Assembly: GCA_052390235.1 (NCBI GenBank)
Contig: JBQTHB010000005.1
Span: 448,001 to 512,000 of the forward strand
Length of the DNA stretch: 64,000 bases
Source: Deltaproteobacteria bacterium
GTDB lineage: Bacteria; Desulfobacterota_D; UBA1144; Nemesobacterales; CSP1-2
Direction: 5' to 3'
This document shows, in pieces, positions 20,077 to 30,906 of this stretch. Under the pieces are notes generated by a model that saw nothing but the letters and a program-made list of their open reading frames with translations, was not told the origin of the DNA and ran no database searches. How positions within the stretch are numbered: position 1 is the first letter of the stretch; each line of letters opens with the position of its first letter. A program made the position numbers and the translations under genes.

Positions 20077-23000
20077 ATGAGTTTCATCACAGAAAGCGAA
20101 ATAGAACAAATTGCGTTGGATATTCTAAGTAACGACTTGGGATATACCGTGCTTTATGGTCCTGATATTGCCGAAGGTGACAGAAAAGAAAGAGATTATA
20201 CCGAAGTGGTTTTGCAACAGCGTTTGAGAACTGCTATTGACAAATTCAATCCCGCCATTCCCGAAGAAGCCAGAGAAGAAGCACTAAAAAAAGCGTTACG
20301 AACTGTTACCGTAAGTTTAGCCGACAACAATGAGCATTTTCATAGAATGCTCACCGAAGGCGTTGATGTGAAATTCAGCATTGGCGAAGGCAAAACCAAA
20401 ACCGATAAAGTTTGGCTCATTGATTTTGAAAACCCTAACAACAACGAGTTTTTAGCCATCAATCAATTTACGGTAGTTGAAAATCACCCCGCCAGTCGCG
20501 GGGCAGGCATTAACAAACGACCTGATATTGTTTTGTTCGTAAACGGTTTGCCATTGGTGGTCATTGAATTGAAAAATGCTACTGATGAAACAGCCGATGT
20601 AAAAGCCGCATACAACCAACTGCAAACCTACAAGCAATTAATTCCTTCACTTTTCAACTACAATACTTTTCTATTGGCAAGCGATGGTTGGTTCGCCAAA
20701 GCAGGAACATTGAGCAGCGATTACAGCCGCTTTATGGAATGGAAAACCGCAGACGGCATCACCGTTGTTGACAGCCAGCGTGAGCCCGAAATGGAACCAA
20801 TGATTAAAGGTTTGCTCAACAAGGCAACTTTGTTAGATGTCATTCGCCATTTCATTGTATTTGAAAAAACGAAAGAAAAAACCATCAAGAAAATTGCAGC
20901 ATATCATCAATATTATGCTGTAAACAAAGCTATTGAAAGTACCGTCAGAGCAGCATCACCGCCAGTAAATGTTGCCAACGAACCGCCCAATCATTTTGGT
21001 TTGCCAACTGTGAAAGACCAACCGCAAGGCGACCATCGAGCAGGTGTAGTTTGGCATACACAAGGAAGCGGAAAAAGTTTGAGTATGGTTTTCTATACCG
21101 GCAAATTGGTTTTAGCCGCAGCAATGAACAACCCTACTATTTTGGTGCTCACCGACCGAAATGATTTAGACCAACAACTATTTGAAACATTTGGCAACTG
21201 CGAACAACTCATCAGGCAAAAACCAAAACAAGCCGAAAGCCGAGATGATTTAAAAGACAAACTTTCTGTTGCGTCGGGTGGTGTAATTTTTACAACCATT
21301 CAAAAGTTTTTACCCGAAACGCAAGGAGCAAAATATCCTGAACTAACCATTCGCAGAAATATTGTGGTGATTGCAGATGAAGCCCACAGAAGTCAATACG
21401 ATTTTATTGATGGCTTTGCCAAAAATATGCGGGATGCTTTGCCCAATGCCACATTTATTGGTTTTACAGGCACACCCATTGAAAAAGAAGATAAAAACAC
21501 ACAAGCAGTTTTCGGAAACTACATTGATGTGTATGACATTCAGCAAGCCGTTTTAGATGGTGCAACGGTTCGCATTTATTATGAAAGTCGTTTGGCAAAA
21601 ATTGAACTAAGCGAAAGCGACCAAGAAATATTAGACCAGCGAGTTGAAGAAATTACCGAAAATGATGAACTGACCGAAAAACAAAAACGCTATGCAAAAT
21701 GGGCAAGTAAAGAAGCCGTTGTTGGCAGTGTTCAGCGATTAAAGCAAGTGGCGTTGGATTTAGTTACACACTTTGAACAACGACTTTCAGCCGCAGACGG
21801 CAAAGGAATGATTGTGTGTATGAGCCGTAGAATTTGCGTAGAACTGCAAAATGAAATCATCAAACTAAAACCACATTGGTATGATGCAGCAGACGACAAA
21901 GGAAAACTTAAAGTGATAATGACAGGTTCGGCTTCCGACCCTTTGGATTGGCAGGAACACATCAGAAACAAACCAAGAAGAAAAGCTATTGGCGACCGTT
22001 TGAAAGACCCGAAAGATGAATTGAAATTGGTAATTGTTCGTGATATGTGGCTCACAGGTTTTGATGCACCTTGTTTGCACACACTTTACATTGACAAGCC
22101 AATGAACGGGCATAACCTGATGCAAGCCATTGCAAGGGTTAATCGTGTGTTTGGTGACAAAGACGGTGGACTTGTTGTTGACTACATTGGCATTGCACAA
22201 GATTTGAAAAAAGCATTGGCTATTTACACCGAAAATCAAGGCAAAGGAAAATTGGCATTTGACCAGGAAGAAGCCGTTGCCAAAATGCTTGAGTTGTATG
22301 AATTGGTAGTTGATATGTTCGGTTCATTCGACTACCGTAAATATTTTGAACTTGACCCACGACTAAAACTGAATTTCATTTTAGATGCCTCAAACTATTT
22401 GTTGGAATTAAAAGACGAAGATGGAAGAAACGGAAAGCAGCGTTTCAAAGACCACGTTACCAATTTATCAAAGGCATTTGCTATTTCTGTTCCACATCAA
22501 AAAGCATTTGAGATAAGAGATGATTTGGCTTTCTTCCAAGCCATAAAAGCAAGGTTTGCCAAGTTTGACGAAACACAGAAAAAACAAACCAACGAAGAAA
22601 TTGAAACAGCCATCAGACAAATTGTGAATGATGCAATCGTTTCAAAAGAAGTGATTGACGTATTTGAAGCAGCAGGAATTAAAAAGCCCGACATTTCAAT
22701 TCTTTCAGACGAGTTTATGGCAGAAATTCAGGGAATGCCAAGAAAGAACTTGGCACTTGAATTATTGAAACGATTGCTGAATAATGAAATCAAAAACCGT
22801 TCAAAGACCAATTTAATTCAAAGCAAAAAATTTTCTGAAATGCTGGCTCAAGCAGTTAAACGCTACCAAAGCGGACTGATTGAAGCAGCAGCCGTAATTG
22901 AAGAACTTATCAAACTTGCAAAAGACATTCGTGCAGCCGATCAACGTGGAGAAAAACTAAACTTACGGCAAGACGAATTGGCTTTTTATGATGCACTGGC

Positions 23001-23268
23001 AGACAATCCAAAAGCCGAAACCATTTTAGGTGACGACATTTTAAAAGCTATTGCACACGAACTGGTTGACAGCGTAAGACGAAACACAAGTATTGACTGG
23101 CAACTGAAAGAAAGTGTTCAAGCCAAGTTGAGAGTTTTGGTTAAACGCATTTTGCGTAAATACAAATATCCACCTGACGACCCCGAAACAGGCGAATACA
23201 ACGTTTCAGTTGCAAAAGTTTTAGACCAAGCAGAACTATTAGCAGAATATTGGACAAATGAGAAATAG
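20077..23268 (+). CDS. hsdR: Type I RM restriction subunit
   Basis: [27 protein letters not shown] Walker [13 protein letters not shown]. Confidence 0.95.
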   Translation: MSFITESEIEQIALDILSNDLGYTVLYGPDIAEGDRKERDYTEVVLQQRLRTAIDKFNPAIPEEAREEALKKALRTVTVSLADNNEHFHRMLTEGVDVKFSIGEGKTKTDKVWLIDFENPNNNEFLAINQFTVVENHPASRGAGINKRPDIVLFVNGLPLVVIELKNATDETADVKAAYNQLQTYKQLIPSLFNYNTFLLASDGWFAKAGTLSSDYSRFMEWKTADGITVVDSQREPEMEPMIKGLLNKATLLDVIRHFIVFEKTKEKTIKKIAAYHQYYAVNKAIESTVRAASPPVNVANEPPNHFGLPTVKDQPQGDHRAGVVWHTQGSGKSLSMVFYTGKLVLAAAMNNPTILVLTDRNDLDQQLFETFGNCEQLIRQKPKQAESRDDLKDKLSVASGGVIFTTIQKFLPETQGAKYPELTIRRNIVVIADEAHRSQYDFIDGFAKNMRDALPNATFIGFTGTPIEKEDKNTQAVFGNYIDVYDIQQAVLDGATVRIYYESRLAKIELSESDQEILDQRVEEITENDELTEKQKRYAKWASKEAVVGSVQRLKQVALDLVTHFEQRLSAADGKGMIVCMSRRICVELQNEIIKLKPHWYDAADDKGKLKVIMTGSASDPLDWQEHIRNKPRRKAIGDRLKDPKDELKLVIVRDMWLTGFDAPCLHTLYIDKPMNGHNLMQAIARVNRVFGDKDGGLVVDYIGIAQDLKKALAIYTENQGKGKLAFDQEEAVAKMLELYELVVDMFGSFDYRKYFELDPRLKLNFILDASNYLLELKDEDGRNGKQRFKDHVTNLSKAFAISVPHQKAFEIRDDLAFFQAIKARFAKFDETQKKQTNEEIETAIRQIVNDAIVSKEVIDVFEAAGIKKPDISILSDEFMAEIQGMPRKNLALELLKRLLNNEIKNRSKTNLIQSKKFSEMLAQAVKRYQSGLIEAAAVIEELIKLAKDIRAADQRGEKLNLRQDELAFYDALADNPKAETILGDDILKAIAHELVDSVRRNTSIDWQLKESVQAKLRVLVKRILRKYKYPPDDPETGEYNVSVAKVLDQAELLAEYWTNEK
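20487..20507 (+). repeat. 21-nt GC-rich hairpin inserted in frame in hsdR
   Basis: CCCCGC-CAGTC-GCGGGG-CAGG, adding PASRGAG. Confidence 0.55.
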
Positions 23269-23390
23269 GAAAATCCAACGCACAGGTGTAAGCACATTTG
23301 CAAGCCGCATAAGCCAACCGCACAACCCGATACGACACAGCGCAGTATTGACAATGGTTTGCAAAGACGGACGGACAAGAACGCCTCCGG

Positions 23391-23440
23391 TAACAGTACC
23401 TTTGCGTAATGGCGGGGCTGATGTGCTTCTATGATACTTT
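23391..23440 (+). repeat. attC-like left half at the end of the array
   Basis: TAACAGTACCTTTGCGTAATGGCGGGG...GCTTCTATGATACTTT matches the 14593 copy; right arm absent. Confidence 0.72.
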
Positions 23441-23587
23441 CATGCCAAAATTCTTCTAGGCGGCAGGCGTGGCAGACTGGCAGAAAAGTAACCTTGCAAG
23501 AAAATAACAATGATGAAAAAATTATCATTTCAACCTTGGTCTCGGCAGTGATAATATCGCCTCCCTTTTGAGGCGTCTGCTACGGGT

Positions 23588-23802
23588 CTGAGTCAAATTG
23601 ACAACGAGGGGCGGAATTATTATACTAAGCCGCGCGCAATGACCAGATTTACGCGCCCATCGTAGTCGAGCAGGCAGCAGGGGCGAGAGGGCTTATGATA
23701 TATTCTCCCGTCTTCTGAGAGATAAAATTATATTCATAGGCTCGGCTATTAACGGCGCTGTCGCAGTCGCCCGGCTCCTGATACTTGAATCCGAGAACCC
23801 CG
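23588..23802 (+). pseudogene. Decayed duplicate of tig 3' end, clpP promoter and clpP 5' end
   Basis: Aligns by eye to 25220-25440 (TCAAATTGACAACGAGGGG...GGCTTATGATATATTCTCCCGTCTTCT...CTTGAATCCGAGAACCCCG) with indels. Confidence 0.9.
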
Positions 23803-23847
23803 CGTAGCAAGTTGCGATTGGAAAAAGATCTGCGCAGAGGTTATGAT

Positions 23848-23865
23848 TTCCGCAGTAATTTCGCA
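23848..23865 (+). repeat. attR-like direct repeat
   Basis: Identical to 4658-4675. Confidence 0.8.
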
Positions 23866-23935
23866 TCGCAGAGTGATTCACCCGCGCCCGCGCCGTGCGG
23901 ATAAATAATAAAATTTCTGAGGAGTTTCCCAAGTC

Positions 23936-25246
23936 ATGAGAGTGAACGTAGAGTCGCCGAGCAGTACCGAGAAAAAAATCGAGGTTTTCATCCCCGCCGA
24001 GACGGTAACCGAAAAATTCAATACCGTATTCAAGGATTTTCAACAGAACGCAAAGGTTAAAGGATTCCGTCCCGGTAAAGTTCCCAACACTCTCATACAG
24101 TCAATGTTCAAGAACGATATAGTCAGCGAGGTTTCCACGAGGCTCGTGTCCGAATCCATCGAGGGGGCGATTAAGCAGTCCTCTCTCGCTCCAGTGTCAA
24201 AGCCCAATGTTACGCCTGATAAAGCGGCCAGAGACAGCGAATTCCACTATTCCGCTACGTTTGAAATCGTCCCCGAATTCACGCTTGGCGAGTACCTAGG
24301 GATTCCTCTCAAGAAGCAGACTCGCTCGGTAACTGAAGAGGACGTTGAGCGCGCCGTCCAAGGGCTAAGAGCGCGCGCCTCCGAGGCGAGGCCCCTAGAA
24401 CAGGAGCGCGAGGCGAGGGCTGGCGATTATGTGATAGTGGATTTCGAGGGAACTCTCGATGGCAAAGCCGTTCGAGACCTCAAAAAGGCGGACACCCAGT
24501 TTATTGTCGGCGAGGGGAAACTCATACCTGAGTTTGATACCAATATTTTGGGGATGAAGCCGGGCGAGGAGAAGGGGTTTCAGGTTCCCTATCCCGACGA
24601 CTTTCAAATATCCGAAGCCGCCGGCAGGGTGGTTGACTACAAGCTCAAGCTCAAGGAAGTGCGCCAGAGATATATACCCGAAGTAAACGACGATTTCGCA
24701 AAGGACTTAGGCCAGGAAAGCCTCGAAGAACTCAAGAAAAAGATAAGAGAGGAAATGGAGAGGAGAACCGAAGAGCATTCCCAAACGAAGCTCCGGGCGG
24801 ACATAATTAAAACCCTCCTCCACAGAACCCCATTTGATGTCCCCGCCAGCATAGTCATTACCGAAGCCAGCCGCATAAGGCAGGATTTTCTCTCCAGTCT
24901 CCAGCAAAGGGGCGTGCAGCAGCTTCCGCCTCTTACCGAGGAGATGGAGCGGACATTCGCCGAGCGCGCCCTCGTCAACGTTAAGGCGTCCCTCGTTGTC
25001 GAAGCCATTGCGGAGAGAGAAGGAATCCAAGTGGAGCAGTCCGAACTCGACGATAAAATCCGAGACATCGCCACTTCCTACGGGCTTCCCTTCGATAAAG
25101 CCAAAGAGGTCTATGGCAATAACGATAAACTCCTCGCCTCTCTGGAGGTGAACATAATTGAGGACAAAGTGCTTCGTTTTCTCATCGAGAGAGCCTCGGT
25201 TGAGGCGGCGGCTGAGGAACTGAATCAAATTGACAACGAGGGGTAG
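23936..25246 (+). CDS. tig: Trigger factor
   Basis: GFRPGKVP ribosome-binding motif, FKBP domain, precedes clpP. Confidence 0.96.
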   Translation: MRVNVESPSSTEKKIEVFIPAETVTEKFNTVFKDFQQNAKVKGFRPGKVPNTLIQSMFKNDIVSEVSTRLVSESIEGAIKQSSLAPVSKPNVTPDKAARDSEFHYSATFEIVPEFTLGEYLGIPLKKQTRSVTEEDVERAVQGLRARASEARPLEQEREARAGDYVIVDFEGTLDGKAVRDLKKADTQFIVGEGKLIPEFDTNILGMKPGEEKGFQVPYPDDFQISEAAGRVVDYKLKLKEVRQRYIPEVNDDFAKDLGQESLEELKKKIREEMERRTEEHSQTKLRADIIKTLLHRTPFDVPASIVITEASRIRQDFLSSLQQRGVQQLPPLTEEMERTFAERALVNVKASLVVEAIAEREGIQVEQSELDDKIRDIATSYGLPFDKAKEVYGNNDKLLASLEVNIIEDKVLRFLIERASVEAAAEELNQIDNEG

Positions 25247-25258
25247 AATTATTATACT
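25230..25258 (+). promoter_or_regulatory. Sigma-70-type promoter for clpP-clpX
   Basis: TTGACA-17 nt-TATACT, ending 10 nt before the clpP ATG. Confidence 0.7.
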
Positions 25259-25268
25259 AAGCTGAGAA

Positions 25269-25868
25269 ATGACCAGTTATGTGCCCATCGTAATCGAGCA
25301 GACAAGCAGGGGCGAAAGGGCTTATGATATATTCTCCCGTCTTCTAAAAGATAGAATTATATTCATCGGCTCGGCTATTAGCGACGCCGTTGCAGATGTT
25401 GTAATTGCCCAGCTCCTGTTTCTTGAATCCGAGAACCCCGATAGAGACATCTATATATATATAAATTCCCCTGGCGGACACGTTACGGCGGGGCTTGCCA
25501 TTTACGACACGATTCAATACATAAAGCCAGACGTTGCCACCATCTGCCTCGGACAGGCTTCTAGCATGGCGGCTGTGCTTCTGGCGTGCGGCGCAAAGAG
25601 CAAGCGGTTTGCTCTTCCGCACTCGCGCGTGATGATACACCAGGTGCTTGGGGGCTTCGAGGGTCAAGCCACAGACATTGAGATTCACGCAAAGGAGATT
25701 CTAAGGGTCAAAGCCGCCCTTAACCAAATCCTCGCCTCTCATACCGGACAGCCGATAGAGAGAATAGCAAAAGACGCCGAGCGGGATTTCTTCCTCACCG
25801 CCAAAGACGCGTTAGAGTACGGGTTGGTTGATGTTATAATTACGAAAAGGGAGGATACCGCAAAATGA
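25269..25868 (+). CDS. clpP: ATP-dependent Clp protease proteolytic subunit
   Basis: [29 protein letters not shown]. Confidence 0.97.
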   Translation: MTSYVPIVIEQTSRGERAYDIFSRLLKDRIIFIGSAISDAVADVVIAQLLFLESENPDRDIYIYINSPGGHVTAGLAIYDTIQYIKPDVATICLGQASSMAAVLLACGAKSKRFALPHSRVMIHQVLGGFEGQATDIEIHAKEILRVKAALNQILASHTGQPIERIAKDAERDFFLTAKDALEYGLVDVIITKREDTAK

Positions 25869-27142
25869 CCACAAGACGCGACGCGAAAGACGGAAAACTG
25901 TACTGCTCGTTTTGTGGGAAGAGCCAAAAAGAGGTAAAAAAGCTCATCGCCGGGCCCACGGTTTATATCTGCAACGAGTGCATTGAGCTGTGCAATGAAA
26001 TCATCGCTGACGAAGATGCCAAGGAAAGCCATCTTAGAAAACGCTATTCCACCCTTCCCCTGCCGTCTCAGATTAAATCCTTTTTGGATGAATACGTGGT
26101 CGGACAGGATAGGGCGAAAAAAGTGCTTGCCGTAGCCGTGTATAACCACTACAAGAGGGTCGAACTCGGCTCCTACGCCGGAAAGAGAAGCGGAGACCTA
26201 GAGATTCAAAAGAGCAATATCCTTCTCATCGGGCCCACAGGATGCGGGAAAACCCTTCTCGCGCAGACCCTGGCAAAATTCCTCGATGTTCCCTTTACGA
26301 TAGTTGACGCCACGTGCTACACCGAGGCGGGCTACGTGGGCGAGGACGTGGAGAATATGATAGTGAGCCTCCTTCAGGCGGCTGACTACGACCTTGAAAG
26401 GGCTTCAAAAGGGATTATATATATTGATGAAATAGACAAACTCTCGCGTAAATCAGGAGACAGCCCCTCGATTACGAGAGATGTTTCTGGCGAAGGCGTG
26501 CAGCAGGCTCTACTAAAAATCATTGAAGGCACCAAGGCGAATGTGCCGCCCAAAGGGGGCAGAAAACACCCCCAGCAGGAGTTTATTCAGATTGACACAA
26601 CGAATATCCTATTTATTTGCGGCGGGGCTTTCTGCGGTATTGAGGAAACTATAGGGCGCAGAATCGGAGAGAAATCCATCGGGTTTGAAGCCAATTTAGG
26701 GGAAAAAGACCAAAGAGACCTAGGCGCGATACTCAGAGAAGTCCAGCCGGAGGATTTAACTAAGTTTGGCTTAATCCCCGAATTTGTAGGCAGGCTCCCC
26801 GTTGTAGCCACGCTCGACGAGCTTGACGAAAGCGCCTTTATAGAAATTCTCACGAAGCCGAAAAACGCGATTATAAAGCAGTTCAAAAAATTAATGGAAC
26901 TTGAGGGGGTCGATCTTGAGTTCACCGAAGACGCCCTCAACGCCATTGCCAAAGAGGCTATGAAGCGTAAGACCGGAGCAAGAGGGCTTAGGGCAATCAT
27001 CGAAGCCGTAATGCTCGACATATCCTACGAAGTGCCGCTTCTCAGCGGCGTTAGACGATGTATCGTGAACGAGGAGGTGATTCGAGGCACTAATAATCCC
27101 CTTTTCTTATACGAGGAAGAGAGGCGTCTTGGCTCTGCATAA
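25865..27142 (+). CDS. clpX: Clp protease ATP-binding subunit ClpX
   Basis: CSFC..CNEC zinc finger, [11 protein letters not shown] loop. Confidence 0.97.
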   Translation: MTTRRDAKDGKLYCSFCGKSQKEVKKLIAGPTVYICNECIELCNEIIADEDAKESHLRKRYSTLPLPSQIKSFLDEYVVGQDRAKKVLAVAVYNHYKRVELGSYAGKRSGDLEIQKSNILLIGPTGCGKTLLAQTLAKFLDVPFTIVDATCYTEAGYVGEDVENMIVSLLQAADYDLERASKGIIYIDEIDKLSRKSGDSPSITRDVSGEGVQQALLKIIEGTKANVPPKGGRKHPQQEFIQIDTTNILFICGGAFCGIEETIGRRIGEKSIGFEANLGEKDQRDLGAILREVQPEDLTKFGLIPEFVGRLPVVATLDELDESAFIEILTKPKNAIIKQFKKLMELEGVDLEFTEDALNAIAKEAMKRKTGARGLRAIIEAVMLDISYEVPLLSGVRRCIVNEEVIRGTNNPLFLYEEERRLGSA

Positions 27143-27166
27143 AAGTTCTTTACAAGGAGAAGAAAA

Positions 27167-29602
27167 ATGCCAATGTTCTTTAAATTCGACGATGACAAAA
27201 AACAGGATATAGTCATGATCCCGTTGCTGCCACTCAGGGACGTAGTGATTTTCCCTCACATGGTGGCGCCTCTTTTCGTGGGACGCGAAAAATCCATACG
27301 CGCTCTCGAAGAGGCAATGAAGAAGGACAAAGAAATTCTACTAGCCGCCCAAAAAGACGCCAAGACCAACGATCCCAATGAAGAAGATATATATAAAATA
27401 GGCACAATAGGGACGATTGTTCAGATGCTCCGACTCCCAGATGGCACGGTAAAAGTGCTTGTCGAGGGGAAGAGAAGGGCGAAAATTATGCGCTACGTCC
27501 CGAATCCGAGTTTTTTCCTAGTTGAAGCCGAGAGGATTTCGGAAGACGAAAATCTAGGCGTCGAGACCGAAGCGCTTATGAGAACGCTGGTTACGGCTTT
27601 CGAGAACTACGTCAAGCTCAACAAAAAAATTCCCTCCGAAGTGCTTGTTACTGTCTCGGCAATTGACGAGCCTAGCCGATTAGCCGATACGATAGCCTCT
27701 CACCTTGGGTTTAAACTCCAGGATAAGCAGGAAATCCTCGAAGCCCTTAGCCCAGCGGACAGAATCGAGAAGCTCTATGAAAAAATGCAGTCCGAGCTTG
27801 AAATTCTCCAAATTGAGAAGAGAATCAGAACCAGAGTGAAAAAGCAGATGGAAAAAGCTCAAAAGGAGTACTATCTCACCGAGCAGATGAGGGCCATCCA
27901 AAAAGAACTCGGCGAAAAGGACGACCTCAAATCCGAGATTCAGGAGTTTGAAGATAAGCTCAAACAAAAGACCGTTCCCGAAGAGGTCGAACAGAAAATC
28001 AAGCGCGAAATAAAGAAATTGAAAACCATGTCTCCGATGTCTGCCGAGGCAACCGTTGTGAGAAACTATATTGACTGGCTTATCTCGCTTCCTTGGATAA
28101 ACGAAAAAACCGAAGACAGGCTAGATATTGACGAAGCCGTAAAAATTCTCGACGAAGACCACTACGGACTCGACAAGCCCAAAGAGAGAATTGTCGAATA
28201 CCTAGCCGTGCGAGCGCTGACAAAAAAACTAAAGGGCCCGATACTGTGCCTGGTAGGCCCTCCGGGAGTGGGCAAAACATCGCTGGCAAAATCCATTGCG
28301 CGCGCGATGGGAAGGAAATTCGTCAGAATATCCCTCGGCGGCGTAAGGGACGAAGCCGAAATCAGGGGACACCGCCGCACCTACATTGGCGCTCTGCCGG
28401 GGAAAATCATTCAGGGAATGAGAAAAGCGGGAACTTTAAACCCCGTGTTTCTCCTCGATGAGATTGACAAGCTCGGCATGGATTTCAGGGGAGACCCCGC
28501 ATCGGCTCTCCTAGAGGCGCTCGACCCGGAGCAGAATAAGAGCTTCAACGACCATTACATAGAAGCTGACTACGACCTATCAAACGTGCTTTTCATCACC
28601 ACGGCAAACATACTCCACACAATTCCATGGGCGCTTCAAGACAGAATGGAGATTATCAGAATCCCCGGATACACCGAGGAAGAAAAACTCCAGATAGCCA
28701 AGAAATTCTTAGTTCCAAAACAGGTTGAATCCCACGGGCTAAAGCCTGAGAACTTCCAGATTTCAGATAGCGGCATTCAAACCGTCATTAACCGCTACAC
28801 CCGTGAGTCCGGCGTAAGAACCCTTGAGCGCGAGCTCTCAACCCTCTGCAGAAAAATTGCCAGAGAGGTCGTGAAGAACGGACTCGACTATGCGTCGAAA
28901 ATCAGCGCCTCCTCCGTGGCGAAGTATCTGGGTATCCCCAAATTCCGATTCGGAGAAATCGAAGAAAAAGACCAGGTCGGCATTTCCACCGGGCTTGCAT
29001 GGACCGAGGTCGGCGGCGAGATTTTAACCATCGAGGTTTCCATAGTTCCCGGCAAGGGAAGCCTCACGATAACCGGAAAGCTCGGCGAGGTTATGCAGGA
29101 ATCCGCCCAAGCCGCTATGAGCTACGTTCGCTCCAGAGCCGAGAAACTGGGGCTTGAGCGATATTTCTATCAAAAAGTGGATCTGCATATTCACGTTCCC
29201 GAGGGGGCAACCCCTAAAGATGGCCCCTCAGCCGGTATTGCCATCGCTACGGCTATTGTCTCGGCGCTTACGAAAAAGCCGATAAAGCACGACGTAGCCA
29301 TGACCGGCGAGATAACTCTCCGCGGGCGGGTGCTTCCCATCGGCGGGCTTAAGGAGAAAATCCTAGCCGCCCACAGGGGCAGAGTGAAAACGGTAATCAT
29401 CCCCAAAGAAAACGAAAAAGACGTCAAAGACATCCCTCATAACATACTCAAGGATATAAAAATCAAATTGGTGAATCATGTAGATGAGGTTTTGAGCGAG
29501 GCTTTGGTGTCCGAAGAACCCGTGCTGAATCGGGATATAGTCGTCCCTCCCGGCGCCCTTCCGATTACCGAGGGGATGGGGACTAATGTAAGTCTCTCAT
29601 AA
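27167..29602 (+). CDS. lon: Lon protease
   Basis: [27 protein letters not shown]. Confidence 0.97.
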   Translation: MPMFFKFDDDKKQDIVMIPLLPLRDVVIFPHMVAPLFVGREKSIRALEEAMKKDKEILLAAQKDAKTNDPNEEDIYKIGTIGTIVQMLRLPDGTVKVLVEGKRRAKIMRYVPNPSFFLVEAERISEDENLGVETEALMRTLVTAFENYVKLNKKIPSEVLVTVSAIDEPSRLADTIASHLGFKLQDKQEILEALSPADRIEKLYEKMQSELEILQIEKRIRTRVKKQMEKAQKEYYLTEQMRAIQKELGEKDDLKSEIQEFEDKLKQKTVPEEVEQKIKREIKKLKTMSPMSAEATVVRNYIDWLISLPWINEKTEDRLDIDEAVKILDEDHYGLDKPKERIVEYLAVRALTKKLKGPILCLVGPPGVGKTSLAKSIARAMGRKFVRISLGGVRDEAEIRGHRRTYIGALPGKIIQGMRKAGTLNPVFLLDEIDKLGMDFRGDPASALLEALDPEQNKSFNDHYIEADYDLSNVLFITTANILHTIPWALQDRMEIIRIPGYTEEEKLQIAKKFLVPKQVESHGLKPENFQISDSGIQTVINRYTRESGVRTLERELSTLCRKIAREVVKNGLDYASKISASSVAKYLGIPKFRFGEIEEKDQVGISTGLAWTEVGGEILTIEVSIVPGKGSLTITGKLGEVMQESAQAAMSYVRSRAEKLGLERYFYQKVDLHIHVPEGATPKDGPSAGIAIATAIVSALTKKPIKHDVAMTGEITLRGRVLPIGGLKEKILAAHRGRVKTVIIPKENEKDVKDIPHNILKDIKIKLVNHVDEVLSEALVSEEPVLNRDIVVPPGALPITEGMGTNVSLS

Positions 29603-29623
29603 CGAGTATCAGGTTGAATATTC

Positions 29624-29662
29624 AAAAGGGGGCATCCCTGATATTACGGGGTGCCCTTTTTT
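29624..29662 (+). terminator. Rho-independent terminator after lon
   Basis: AAAAGGGGGCATCCC...GGGGTGCCCTTTTTT hairpin plus U tract. Confidence 0.75.
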
Positions 29663-29772
29663 ATTGATTTCTCACCGTAATCTGGACAACACAAATAATA
29701 TCAGTTATAAAATATGCCCGTCCTGCAGTTTGGGCGCGGGCAATCTTTGAAATTTATATAGTGTTTAGGCGC

Positions 29773-29847
29773 GGGCGGTTAGCTCAGTGGGAGAGCGCCT
29801 GCCTTACAAGCAGGAAGTCACTGGTTCAATCCCGGTACCGCCCACCA
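29773..29847 (+). tRNA. tRNA-Val(TAC)
   Basis: GGGCGGT/ACCGCCC stem, CCTGC-CTTACAA-GCAGG anticodon arm, CCA end. Confidence 0.95.
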
Positions 29848-29855
29848 TAGATTAT

Positions 29856-29933
29856 GGGGTCGTAGTTCAGCTCGGTTAGAACGCTGGCCTGTCAAGCCAG
29901 AGGTCGCGGGTTCGAGTCCCGTCGACCCCGCCA
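29856..29933 (+). tRNA. tRNA-Asp(GTC)
   Basis: GGGGTCG/CGACCCC stem, CTGGC-CTGTCAA-GCCAG anticodon arm, CCA end. Confidence 0.95.
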
Positions 29934-29938
29934 TTTAA

Positions 29939-30802
29939 TTAATATTTATAAAACCCTTTTCCAGTTTTTCTTCCTAAAAATCCTCCGCGAACCATCTGCC
30001 TGAGAAGCGGCGCGGCGCGGAATTTCGAGTCCTGAAATTCCTTGTACAGCGTGTCTATCACATCAAGCGTTACGTCCAGCCCTATTAAGTCAATCAGCGC
30101 AAGCGGCCCTATGGGTTGATTCGTGCCGAGCTTCATCGCCTTATCAATGTCCTCAGGCGTTCCCACGCCCTCTTCAAGCGCAAACACCGCCTCATTGAGC
30201 ATGGGAATCAGAATGCGGTTCACTATAAACCCCGGCGCGTCCTTTGTCTTGACCGGCTCTTTCCCAAGGGATTTAGCAAAATCATAGGCGAACTGTACCG
30301 TCTCCTCAGATGTGGCGAGGGTCTTTATAACCTCAACTAGCTTCATCACGGGAACGGGGTTGAAAAAATGCATCCCAACGATTCTCTCAGCCCTTTTCGT
30401 CGTTACTGCAATCTCGATGATCGGCAGGGAAGAGGTATTTGTCGCAATCACAATATCGGGGCGCACTGCGCCGTCCAGCTTCCTGAAAATCTCCTTTTTA
30501 ACCGCCATATTCTCAAACACCGCCTCGACAATTAAATCCACGTCCCCAAGATTCTCAAAGCTCGTCGTTGGGGCAATCCTAGATAAAATCTCCTTGCTTC
30601 CCTCCTCGCTCAACTCTCCTTTTTTCACGAGCCTCCCGAGGCTTCCGGTCATATTTTTTACGCCCCGCTCCAAAGCCGCATCCGAAATATCCACGAGCGT
30701 TACCTGTTTGCCGTTCTGAGCAAGCGTCTGAGCGATGCCCGAACCCATAGTTCCCGCGCCCACGACGCCTACTTTCTTGATATTCTCTACGATTAAAGTC
30801 AT
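29939..30802 (-). CDS. hbd: 3-hydroxybutyryl-CoA (3-hydroxyacyl-CoA) dehydrogenase
   Basis: GAGTMGSGIA, TNTSS, GMHFFNP, PGFIVNR. Confidence 0.9.
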   Translation of the reverse strand: MTLIVENIKKVGVVGAGTMGSGIAQTLAQNGKQVTLVDISDAALERGVKNMTGSLGRLVKKGELSEEGSKEILSRIAPTTSFENLGDVDLIVEAVFENMAVKKEIFRKLDGAVRPDIVIATNTSSLPIIEIAVTTKRAERIVGMHFFNPVPVMKLVEVIKTLATSEETVQFAYDFAKSLGKEPVKTKDAPGFIVNRILIPMLNEAVFALEEGVGTPEDIDKAMKLGTNQPIGPLALIDLIGLDVTLDVIDTLYKEFQDSKFRAAPLLRQMVRGGFLGRKTGKGFYKY

Positions 30803-30906
30803 AGAATTCTCCTTATTATTGATATTAAAACCGGTATTATACCCAATGAAATCCAGCCTCCGCCGGTTTGAAACCCCGCGCCGGGCGAATTAAAATAATC
30901 TCTGCA

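Larger units (their letters stand above)
4658..23865. mobile_element. AT-rich genomic (defence) island inserted at the tRNA-Leu 3' end, carrying an integron-like cassette array
   Basis: Abrupt shift to AT-rich sequence ~4.78-23.55 kb; flanking direct repeat TTCCGCAGTAATTTCGCA at 4658-4675 and 23848-23865; interrupts tRNA-Leu-tig synteny; recombinase remnant inside. Confidence 0.85.

Noticed and set aside
4658..23865. Prophage or ICE
   Set aside because: No structural, replication, relaxase or T4SS genes between the direct repeats.
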